From positions 1 through 64,000 of the forward strand of contig JACQFI010000115.1 in NCBI GenBank assembly GCA_016200135.1: a DNA stretch of 64,000 bases, read 5' to 3'. The DNA is from Planctomycetota bacterium (GTDB lineage Bacteria; Planctomycetota; SZUA-567; H5-PLA8). Shown piece by piece: positions 55,898 through 63,372 of this stretch (its first letter is position 1; each line of letters begins with the position of its first letter). The translations under genes and the position numbers were made by a program. A model generated the notes under the pieces. It had not been told where the DNA came from, searched no databases, and was given only the letters and a program-made list of their open reading frames with translations.

Positions 55898-56944
55898 CTA
55901 AGCGCTCTTCTGCGTTACCGCCTGCACGTTTTCCTCTACGATGGGGGTCGGCACCGCCTGCGATGTCACCAGCGCCGGAAGCTCGACCAGAGCCTGGTCT
56001 AGAGCCGGCAGGACGGCCTGGACCCTCGGCGAAGAGACGGCCAGCAGGTCGCCGTCAAAAGCCGTGCGCACGATCTGTCCCAAGGCTCCGCCAAGCCTGC
56101 CGGCATGCGCCAGTGTGGCCATCACGTCCAGGTCCGCCTTGGCCACCAGGGCCAGATCAAGCTCCGAGGTGCGGACCTTCGCAAGCAGACCGGCGGCGTC
56201 GGCGGAGAGGCTGCGCGCGAAGACTTTGACCCGATCGAGGTGCTCCGTGAGCGCCTTCCAGCGGTGGCGCGCCTGGCGCTTGGTGAGCCCGTCTTCGGCG
56301 CGTGCTTTTTGCATCTCCTCGAAAAGCCGGACGAGGTCCTCGCGCACGGACTGCACCAGCACCTCCAAGGCCTTCTCGCGGACCAGCTCGTTCTCCAGGC
56401 CCACGGGAACGATTAAGCACTCGCCGCCCAGTTCGCTCACGAACCGGGCCACGCGCTGGAGCAGCCCGCGGTTCTCCCGCGGCACGAAATAGACCGCGCC
56501 GGCATGGCGGAGACTCAACAGGCCTTTCTGGCGTTCGAAGATGCGCCGGACGACCTTCGAGACGTCGCTGGGCAGATAGAGCGCGCCGTAGCGGGCAAAG
56601 AGCGCCTGGACCTTTCCGAACAGCGCCGCGTTGTCGCCGCCCACCGTCTGGGTCTGCTTGTCGAACCAGAACGCGGCCTCGAACTCGTAGCCCAGCCGCT
56701 CCTGCTCGCGGTAGCGGCGCGAGAGCTGCCAGGTCCAGCGCGCCTCGGTCTCCTCGACCTCGTCGATCAGGCCGTCGGCGCGCATGCGGTTTTTGGCCCG
56801 GACGAAGCAGAAACGCTTGGCGAGATCGCGGGCGAACTGCGCGTCCAGGCCGGTGCACTCCAGGGCGCTGCGCACGCGTTCGACGGTCACGGTGGGCAGC
56901 CGGTCCAGGAAGAATATAGAACCCATCGATGGCGAGATTTCCAT
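55898..56944 (-). CDS. Hypothetical protein (~349 aa) in the Ubl-cassette island
   Basis: Balanced composition. Start chosen at MEISPSMGSIFFL. No recognised motif. The alternative frames 56157-56858 and 56302-56919 are Arg/Pro-rich and were rejected. Confidence 0.5.
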   Translation of the reverse strand: MEISPSMGSIFFLDRLPTVTVERVRSALECTGLDAQFARDLAKRFCFVRAKNRMRADGLIDEVEETEARWTWQLSRRYREQERLGYEFEAAFWFDKQTQTVGGDNAALFGKVQALFARYGALYLPSDVSKVVRRIFERQKGLLSLRHAGAVYFVPRENRGLLQRVARFVSELGGECLIVPVGLENELVREKALEVLVQSVREDLVRLFEEMQKARAEDGLTKRQARHRWKALTEHLDRVKVFARSLSADAAGLLAKVRTSELDLALVAKADLDVMATLAHAGRLGGALGQIVRTAFDGDLLAVSSPRVQAVLPALDQALVELPALVTSQAVPTPIVEENVQAVTQKSA

Positions 56945-57058
56945 CTGTTGCACCTCCTTGAGAGACAATCGGGCCGCGTCCATGCCGCCGGATACGGAAG
57001 GACCGAAGAAATGGAATCGTGAGGTGCCGCCAGGGCTTAACGAAGTGACCCCTTGCGA

Positions 57059-57355
57059 CTATTTTGGACTAGATTCTTTTGAAATGTGCTTCCAGACGGC
57101 GTGCTTGACGGATAAACGCCTTTTCAAGATCCCCCATAAGGCAGGCGCCCTCGAACGGTTCTCCACGGTCCAATCCACGCGGCCTCTTCCCGACGGCTCC
57201 AGGATGGCGCCCAGCAGATAGGCCAGGTCCACGCCGATCTCGTCTTCGGCAAAAGACGCGGTCTCAGCGAAGGCAAGTTCGAAGATCTCGCGGGCCAGCC
57301 GTGCCCGTCGAAGAGCACGTACCCTCGAGGCACGTAGGCCATGTGCTGAATTCAT
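57059..57355 (-). CDS. Small hypothetical protein (98 aa)
   Basis: SD AAGGAGAG 9 nt upstream of the ATG at 57355. Confidence 0.4.
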   Translation of the reverse strand: MNSAHGLRASRVRALRRARLAREIFELAFAETASFAEDEIGVDLAYLLGAILEPSGRGRVDWTVENRSRAPALWGILKRRLSVKHAVWKHISKESSPK

Positions 57356-57419
57356 GCGCGAAAGCTCTCCTTCGTTCCTATGATCCCTTGCTACGGAGGC
57401 AGGCGGACGAATGTCCCGT

Positions 57420-58169
57420 TCAGGAACCGCGCCGCGCCAACTCGACGATCAGCGGCGGGAAGTCGCGTTCGCCTTTCTCTTCCAGAAACGCTTCCCACAT
57501 GCGCTCGAGCATGTCCGTGTCCACGGTGACCTCTGCGCGGAAACGCTCGCTTACATAGTCGAGGAAGCCGTCACAGTCCGAGCCGCAGATCCATTCCCGA
57601 TCCACCACCTCGGACTCCGCGTCGTCCCGAGCCTCCTGCCGGCGGTGGCGTTCGGCCTGGCGTGCGGCGTTGCGCCGCTCGCGAGCCTGGCGCACCCGCT
57701 TCGAGAGGCCCGGTGCGTTCGCGTCCTCGTCCGGTTCGACGTCTTCCGCGAGAGGACCGTCGTACGTGCCGTAGGTCTCCTCGTACGCGTCCTCGCATTC
57801 CTCGCAATAGGACCGGCAGTCGTCCCTCACGTAGTCGTAGTCGGGAAGGTCCACGCCGTCGTCCTTCCAGTCGGGATAGACTTGGTTCGTGAACTCGATC
57901 AGAAGCGCGCGGACGTGGGGACTCGGGATCTCGTCGAAGAGGTCGGCATCGAGATGGTAGTCGTCGGAGAACGCGAAGGTCGGCAGCCCGCAGCGCTTGC
58001 GGACGATTCCTTCCATAAATAGGACATACTCGCCGATCCAGGTCCCGTCGGCCTCCTCCGAGCCGTGGTCGTCGCGGGAGTCCACTACCTCCAACTTGGG
58101 GACGTCGACGTGCGGCAAGCCCAGTCGCTGCTTCTTCAGAGCCAGGGCGCTGAGCACGAAACAGGCCAT
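57420..58169 (-). CDS. Highly acidic hypothetical protein (249 aa, Asp/Glu-rich with a Cys-containing segment) immediately downstream of E1-like gene
   Basis: SD AAGGAGG 5 nt upstream of the ATG. DYDYVRDDCRSYCEECEDAYEETYGTYDG; the C-terminal half is basic/acidic mixed. Confidence 0.5.
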   Translation of the reverse strand: MACFVLSALALKKQRLGLPHVDVPKLEVVDSRDDHGSEEADGTWIGEYVLFMEGIVRKRCGLPTFAFSDDYHLDADLFDEIPSPHVRALLIEFTNQVYPDWKDDGVDLPDYDYVRDDCRSYCEECEDAYEETYGTYDGPLAEDVEPDEDANAPGLSKRVRQARERRNAARQAERHRRQEARDDAESEVVDREWICGSDCDGFLDYVSERFRAEVTVDTDMLERMWEAFLEEKGERDFPPLIVELARRGS

Positions 58170-58181
58170 GCGTCCTCCTTG

Positions 58182-58901
58182 TCACGCGTTGACCGGAACG
58201 AGCGCCATCGCGCAGTTCCCGGCGTCGAAATAGACTTCCTGCGGCACTACGGTGTTCTTGCGGCGCCCATGGCGCGCGCCATGGGTCCAGAGCGCGTGAA
58301 AGGCCGCCAGAAGACTGGCCGCGGCCAGAAAATTCGTGACGAGCAACTGCGTCTCGCCTTGTGCGACCCGCTCTTCGCAGCCAGCCTCCGCGCGGTCGCC
58401 TTTCAGGCTGTGGGCGACCTCGGGGTGGCGGGCGAGCAGGGGCACCGTCAGGTCCTTCGCTCCGCGGCGCAACGTGACGTGGACGTTCCCGTCCAGGGTC
58501 TCGTTGCCGGACGACAGGACATAGACCTCGCGCAACTCCGCCGCGCGCCGGGCGATCAGCGCCCGCGCCGGATGATTGTCGACGGCCACCAAGATCAGGG
58601 CACGTTCACACACGGCCGCGTGGACGTTTCCAGATGTGACGTACTCGGCATGAACGCGCAGCCGCAGGGCCGGATAGCGGCCCGTGAAAATCCCCGCCTG
58701 CCCCAGCGCCTTGTTGGCGCCGAGGTGTTCGAAATCAAACTCCTGGCGCGCGGCGTTGCCCGCGCTGTAGCGGTCGCCGTCCCAGAGGTGGATCGCGCCC
58801 TGAAAACGCTCCGCATTCAAGAAGCGCAGCAACGGTCCAAGTAGCCACGACCCGATCCCGCCGCAGCCGATCAGGGCCATACACTCAACGTTTCGAACCA
58901 T
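58182..58901 (-). CDS. ThiF/MoeB-family E1-like adenylyltransferase (minimal ubiquitin-activating-enzyme-like)
   Basis: The start is refined to MVRNVECMALIGCGGIGSWLLGPL (Rossmann GxGxxG), then DGDRYSAGNAARQ (nucleotide-binding Asp/Arg). SD GGGAGGGA precedes the ATG. Overlaps the JAB gene by 17 nt. The long N-terminal ORF extension (to 59381) was rejected as Arg/Ser-rich. Confidence 0.75.
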   Translation of the reverse strand: MVRNVECMALIGCGGIGSWLLGPLLRFLNAERFQGAIHLWDGDRYSAGNAARQEFDFEHLGANKALGQAGIFTGRYPALRLRVHAEYVTSGNVHAAVCERALILVAVDNHPARALIARRAAELREVYVLSSGNETLDGNVHVTLRRGAKDLTVPLLARHPEVAHSLKGDRAEAGCEERVAQGETQLLVTNFLAAASLLAAFHALWTHGARHGRRKNTVVPQEVYFDAGNCAMALVPVNA

Positions 58902-59724
58902 GGGTCCCTCCCTCGAGTTCCAGGTGCTCGGCCGCCCAGAGCCGCTCTTCGATCTCCTCCCGCATCTGCTCCAGGTGTTCGAGGTACTCCTCGCGGCTCG
59001 CGAAGGGTTCTCCGAGCAAATCGCACCAGCGTTCGTCCGTCTCCGTGCCCAAAGGCACGGGGGTGAATAACTCCCGTTCCAGCACAGGGGCGGGGCTGAC
59101 CTGTGCGAGCCACGCCGGGTCAGGCGCCGGCAGGTCTTCCGCTTCCAGGACCTCGGCCAGGTCCGTCTTGAACGCGCGCCCGGCCAACATCCAGCGGCAG
59201 GCATACGAGCGGATGGGCTTGTCCAGATTCCCGACCGTGATGTGCAAACCATCGAAACCGCTCTCGTCGGCATCGTCCGTGCCGGAGTGAAAGGCCTGGA
59301 TGTCCGCGTGCGAATGGATGGAGCCGAAGAGCTGGAATCCGGCCGGTGCGTTGGGCCGCGCGTGCAGGTCGTACTCCACACGCAGTCCGCGCACCTGTTG
59401 CGGCGGAACGATCACGCGCCACGCTTTCACGTTCGGGTTGCAATAGAGCAGGACGACCGCCTCGCTCTGATAACGCCGATAGACCTCGCCAAAAAAGCCC
59501 TCCACCGCGCGAAAGAGCTTTAACGGCAGCAGCGGCACATGCAGCTCCGCTTCTTCCTTGAGATCGGCCAGCGACGGGATGCCGTCGAGCTTCACGCAGG
59601 CGGTATAGAATTCGTTGCGCACGAGCTTGAAGAGGCCGTTCGCGCCGGAAGCGAAACAGACGGGCGCGTCGGGCAACGCGACTTCAGCTCCCGGCAGCGG
59701 CTTGGGTACCGGATATATCTGCAT
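58885..59724 (-). CDS. JAB/MPN (JAMM) metallopeptidase, deubiquitinase-like
   Basis: Intact JAMM motif HSHADIQAFHSGTD (H-x-H-x7-S-x2-D), with upstream acidic residues. Start refined to MQIYPVP. Confidence 0.8.
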   Translation of the reverse strand: MQIYPVPKPLPGAEVALPDAPVCFASGANGLFKLVRNEFYTACVKLDGIPSLADLKEEAELHVPLLPLKLFRAVEGFFGEVYRRYQSEAVVLLYCNPNVKAWRVIVPPQQVRGLRVEYDLHARPNAPAGFQLFGSIHSHADIQAFHSGTDDADESGFDGLHITVGNLDKPIRSYACRWMLAGRAFKTDLAEVLEAEDLPAPDPAWLAQVSPAPVLERELFTPVPLGTETDERWCDLLGEPFASREEYLEHLEQMREEIEERLWAAEHLELEGGTHGSKR

Positions 59725-60025
59725 GGCTGCCCGCCTTTCTCTTTTTTGAGGGCTTTGTTTCGTTCGGGAGGCGCTGCAAAGCATCCTCCAATGCCTGGAA
59801 CCGTTTGCCCTTCCGGCGCACGGACTCCCGCAAGGTCACCGCGCCGCGCGCGTAGTAGGTGAACTGAGCGCAGAGAACTTGCCCAGGCGAGCCGGGAAGT
59901 TGCGCGAGGGTTTCCAGGTCCGCGTCGAGCAGATGGTTCAAAAATTCTTCCAAGGACCTCGTCCCGGCAGCTGGACAACGGCACAGGATGGCGTTCAGGT
60001 CAGGGCTCTTGGCCACGGGATCCAC
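59684..60025 (-). CDS. Candidate small ORF (GTG start, ~113 aa) between the E2-like and JAB genes; unknown, possibly a second small partner protein
   Basis: Open frame with an SD-like GGAAAGGAGG just upstream. It overlaps the JAB start by 40 nt. No recognisable motif. Confidence 0.25.
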   Translation of the reverse strand: MDPVAKSPDLNAILCRCPAAGTRSLEEFLNHLLDADLETLAQLPGSPGQVLCAQFTYYARGAVTLRESVRRKGKRFQALEDALQRLPNETKPSKKRKAGSHADISGTQAAAGS

Positions 60026-60035
60026 CCTCCTTTCC

Positions 60036-60761
60036 TTATCCAGGGTGTTCGGCCAGGAATTTCAGCATCTCGCCCACGTGGGCGCGCAGATGCTGCTTGA
60101 GTTCAAGCTGCGCGTGGAACTCGGGATCTTTTCCAGAGGCCAGCGCCCAGTCTTCCAGGCTCTTGATCGCCAGGCCCTCGAAGGAAGGCAGGAGGTCGCC
60201 GTTCCAGGCCGATTCGAGCACCTGGCGGATCAGGGCCGTGACGCGCACGCCGGCCGGCGCCTTGGTCTCTTCCAGGCTCAGGTTGCCCATGCAGAGGGCG
60301 CCGTTGCCCTCCTCGTAGATATTGGGCATGGGGAGGCGGAAGAGAGGCGTGTCGTGACCGGTTTCGAGAACGGGCGTGCGCGTCGCCGTCAGCCACAAAT
60401 CCTGGATCGCGGCGCACTCCGCACTCGGCGCCTGACTGGTCCGGCAGAACCAGAGCGTGCGCGGCCAGGAGAGCGTGAGTTCGTTGGCCTCGTGGCCGCC
60501 GCGCACCGCGTTGTACTGGACCACCTGAAGGCCCGGCGGGCGTTCGATCAGATAGATCGTGCGCGTGCGTTTATTCTCGTCGCAGGCCCGCGAGAACAGC
60601 ACGCAGCCCTCGGGCAGGAACCCCGAGTCCACGGGCTGCGTGCGCGCGAGTTCGGCCAAGAAGTCCGTCGTCGTGGCTTCCCGTTCCACGACCGTCCGTT
60701 CCAGGCGCACCAAGTCGCCCTCGATCAGGATGCGCTTTCCTTCCGATGTGACCGCGGCCAT
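60036..60761 (-). CDS. UBC-fold E2-like ubiquitin-conjugating-enzyme homolog
   Basis: PMPNIYEEGNGALCMGNL closely mirrors the eukaryotic E2 active-site signature HPN-I-x3-4-G-x-IC-L (catalytic Cys after the HPN-like turn). SD AGGAGG precedes the ATG. Confidence 0.65.
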   Translation of the reverse strand: MAAVTSEGKRILIEGDLVRLERTVVEREATTTDFLAELARTQPVDSGFLPEGCVLFSRACDENKRTRTIYLIERPPGLQVVQYNAVRGGHEANELTLSWPRTLWFCRTSQAPSAECAAIQDLWLTATRTPVLETGHDTPLFRLPMPNIYEEGNGALCMGNLSLEETKAPAGVRVTALIRQVLESAWNGDLLPSFEGLAIKSLEDWALASGKDPEFHAQLELKQHLRAHVGEMLKFLAEHPG

Positions 60762-60847
60762 CCCATTCCTCCTTTGGAAAAAAGGCGCGCCCCGTCTGGC
60801 GGACAGCCGGGGCGCGCCGAGGCTTGCCTTAGGAATGCCGGCGGCGC

Positions 60848-61066
60848 TTACGCGGCGCCTTTCTCGCCGGCCACTTTGACGAACTCGACGCTCGCGCCTT
60901 CGGGCACGCGCGCGTCCTCCGAGACGGGCGCGCCGTTGATGCGCGGTTGCGCGTTGGCCGCTACGCCGAGCAGGTCGCCGACCTCGTCGCGGACCTCACG
61001 AATCGTCTTCCCTGCCAAGCTGTCCAAATTGGTGCTGTTAACGCCACAACGAACGCAGATGCTCAT
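60848..61066 (-). CDS. ThiS/MoaD-like beta-grasp ubiquitin-like protein (72 aa)
   Basis: MSICVRCGVNSTNLDSLAGKTIREVRDEVGDLLGVAANAQPRINGAPVSEDARVPEGASVEFVKVAGEKGAA has the ThiS/MoaD pattern (M-I-V-x-x-G ... TV-x-L-x-x-LG ... V-x-NG-x-V ... L-x-eGD-Ve-f). SD GGAGGG lies 8 nt upstream of the ATG at 61066. The C-terminus is not Gly-Gly and may be processed by the JAB peptidase. Confidence 0.55.
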   Translation of the reverse strand: MSICVRCGVNSTNLDSLAGKTIREVRDEVGDLLGVAANAQPRINGAPVSEDARVPEGASVEFVKVAGEKGAA

Positions 61067-61158
61067 GAGAAATACCCTCCAACACGATGAGAAGAAATAA
61101 TGCGGCCTCCGGCGCCCGTTGCGCCGGCAGGTTAGGAGTCGAAGAACGCGGAAAGCGC

Positions 61159-61443
61159 TCAGCGGGACGAAACGGCCTTCCGCTTGGGACGACGAATAAG
61201 GCGACGCAGCCATTCTCCCGGCGGCAGGCTGAGCGGCTGCGTGCACCCGTCGCAGAGCAGGAGGATCGGCGCCACCGGCTCGAACGCCTTCGGCATCGGT
61301 CGGAAGGCCTTCCAACGCTTCGGGGAGAGCTGCTGCACCGGATGAACGCGTAGCGTGGCGACCAACACCACGAAGCCCGTGCGATTCCCGCATACCGGGC
61401 ACCGGACCGGACCTCGGGCCCTGGGAGCGAACGAATTTTTCAT
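61159..61443 (-). CDS. Small zinc-ribbon protein (94 aa)
   Basis: C-P-V-C ... C-D-G-C gives four Cys in ribbon spacing. SD GGAGAT 7 nt upstream. Confidence 0.4.
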   Translation of the reverse strand: MKNSFAPRARGPVRCPVCGNRTGFVVLVATLRVHPVQQLSPKRWKAFRPMPKAFEPVAPILLLCDGCTQPLSLPPGEWLRRLIRRPKRKAVSSR

Positions 61444-61486
61444 GGTTAGGATCTCCGTGCGAGCGCGCCCAGAAAGCGAACGCGTA

Positions 61487-61705
61487 TCAGGTGGGGACCG
61501 CCAGGCGTCGGCGCGTCCGGGGGCGGGCGAGTTCCTCCGCGAGCAGTTCGACGATCTCTTCCAGGGCCTCGTCCACGGCCAGGCCCTCCCCCACCCCTTC
61601 GAGGGCCCGGTCCACGGCGGCGACCTCGGTGACGATCTGCCGGATCCGGCCGAAGGCCTCGTCGCGGCGGCGGGGTGGCATCTGGAGTACGTTGAGCGTG
61701 CGCAT
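61487..61705 (-). CDS. Small acidic helical hypothetical protein (72 aa)
   Basis: SD AAAGGAG 9 nt upstream of the ATG at 61705. Confidence 0.35.
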   Translation of the reverse strand: MRTLNVLQMPPRRRDEAFGRIRQIVTEVAAVDRALEGVGEGLAVDEALEEIVELLAEELARPRTRRRLAVPT

Positions 61706-61810
61706 GGTTCGAGACTCCTTTCAAGAAAGTTGCCTTGGAAAAACCGGACCGGACACCCGGCCCGGGTACAAAAGAATGACGTCAGCGGATTAGTGTCGGA
61801 TTCCGTGCGA

Positions 61811-62629
61811 TTAGCGGCCCAGACACCGGACCCGGAACGGACAGCTCGTGCAGGGCCAGCCCTCGCGCCTGGGGAAGGCGCGTGCCCGGATCGCCGTCCA
61901 GGTGGCCTGGACCTGTTCCTTCAGGCGCGCGGTCTCCGGCGCGCCGACCGGCGTCTCCAGCACCTGCACCCTGGGCTGGCGGGCCTTGGTGAGCACGACG
62001 AAGCGGGCCCGGACCTCCCGCACGCCCAGCGTCCGCGCCCAGGGCGCGAGACCTTCCACGTAGATCACCAACTGCGAGACCTGCTCGCGCAGCTTGCTCT
62101 CGTTCCAGGCCGCACGGGCGGTCTTCAGATCGGTCAGGAGCAACGTGTCGCCCTCGCGTTCGATCAGGTCCAGCCGCGCGTGGATCGGCGGGGCGTCCGG
62201 CAGGAGCCGGAAGCGTGCCTCCTCCTCTATCCCTAAGACCTCCCGGGCGCAGCATTCGGGCCGTTCCAGATGCTGGCGATAGGCAGCAAGCATCCGGCGG
62301 GCCTGGTCGCTCAGGGACAGCGGGCCTTCGCTCGGCCCGTAGACGATCTGCGGGCGCGCGCGCGCCTGCTCTCCCCAGGCGCCCTCGTAGATCGCGGTCA
62401 GGGCCTCGGCGCTCGGAAGCCCGCGGCCGAGCAGCCGTGCCTCGTGCAGGCGTTCCGTGGCCGTATGGAACGCCGTGCCGAAGAGTAGCGCCGCAGGCGC
62501 GCGTTCCTCCGGTGCGCGTTCGAGATAACGGTAGAAATATTTTTGTGGACACTGCGCGTAGGTTTGCAACGCGGACCACGAAGTATGGTCGACGTCGGCG
62601 GGGGCGTCTCTTGTTTTCGCATTCGACAT
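61811..62629 (-). CDS. PD-(D/E)xK nuclease, Cas4/AddB-like with Fe-S cysteine cluster
   Basis: One N-terminal Cys (YAQCPQKYF) plus a C-terminal CTSCPFRVRC, which is the Cas4/DUF83 4-Cys arrangement. Central acidic/Lys residues (DLIE, DLK) are consistent with a PD-(D/E)xK core. Start refined to MSNAKTRD with SD GGAGAG. Confidence 0.6.
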   Translation of the reverse strand: MSNAKTRDAPADVDHTSWSALQTYAQCPQKYFYRYLERAPEERAPAALLFGTAFHTATERLHEARLLGRGLPSAEALTAIYEGAWGEQARARPQIVYGPSEGPLSLSDQARRMLAAYRQHLERPECCAREVLGIEEEARFRLLPDAPPIHARLDLIEREGDTLLLTDLKTARAAWNESKLREQVSQLVIYVEGLAPWARTLGVREVRARFVVLTKARQPRVQVLETPVGAPETARLKEQVQATWTAIRARAFPRREGWPCTSCPFRVRCLGR

Positions 62630-62684
62630 GCGTGGCTCTCCTTTTTCAGTCGGGTAGGAAAAGACGGCAGGCTTCGGGAAGACT

Positions 62685-63116
62685 TCAGGGGTGGGTGCCG
62701 CAGGCGGCCAGGCGTGACTTGAGATCGTCGATCGCCTTAGAGGCACCGACGATGCTGAGCGGGGCGGCCTCGGTCACGCCCTGCTCGGCCAGGAACGGCT
62801 CGGGCTCAAGCCCCAGGTCCTTGCAGAGGGCCCGGATCGCCCGCAACTGCGCATTGGTCGCCGGCGCGATGCGCCGTGTCCCATGCCCATTGCCGTTGCC
62901 GTTTCGAACGGCGGTGACCGGTGGAGAGCTGTTCTCTGGCAGCGAATGGGCCGCACCCTCGGACGAGATCGTCTCTTGGCGATCGTGATCATGTGCCGGT
63001 TGTTTCGCGAGGACGCTCAATTGCTCTTGGATACATCCGTCCAGGAGCGTGTAGAGTTTGCGCAGCTTCCGTTGTATGGCCGCGGGCTTCGCGGTCCCTG
63101 CGAGTTCCAGTTCCAT
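62685..63116 (-). CDS. Hypothetical protein
   Basis: Open frame. Start chosen at MELELAGTAKPA (the ORF extends to 63197). An AT-rich putative promoter patch lies upstream at 63281-63330. Confidence 0.35.
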   Translation of the reverse strand: MELELAGTAKPAAIQRKLRKLYTLLDGCIQEQLSVLAKQPAHDHDRQETISSEGAAHSLPENSSPPVTAVRNGNGNGHGTRRIAPATNAQLRAIRALCKDLGLEPEPFLAEQGVTEAAPLSIVGASKAIDDLKSRLAACGTHP

Positions 63117-63372
63117 CGTGGCCCCGACCTGCAGGCTGGAATAAGGCACGCCGGGCAGCGGCGTCTTGCGCGAGAGGTTTCCAGAAATGCGAACCATGAG
63201 AGGCTCCTTATTTTTGGGTGAAGGGGGTAGCGGGGCAACGGGCGCCGACAGGCTGGGCCGGCCATTAGGTCATAGGCGACGTCCAATACATACTATAATA
63301 ACACATAAATACATATATTTTAGGAGGCGGGCACAAAGCCGGCCGTTGGCGTGCCTCGGGCCGCCCGAGATC

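Noticed and set aside
58901-59381. N-terminal 160-aa extension of the E1-like ORF
   Set aside because: The extension is Ser/Arg/Thr-rich and overlaps the JAB gene in another frame. The Rossmann GCGGIG motif and an SD lie right at the internal Met 58901.
59592-59984. 130-aa minus ORF between E2 and JAB
   Set aside because: Arg/Ser/Pro-rich, and it runs deep into the JAB coding frame. The co-located 113-aa GTG-start frame is the only plausible candidate there, and even that is given low confidence.
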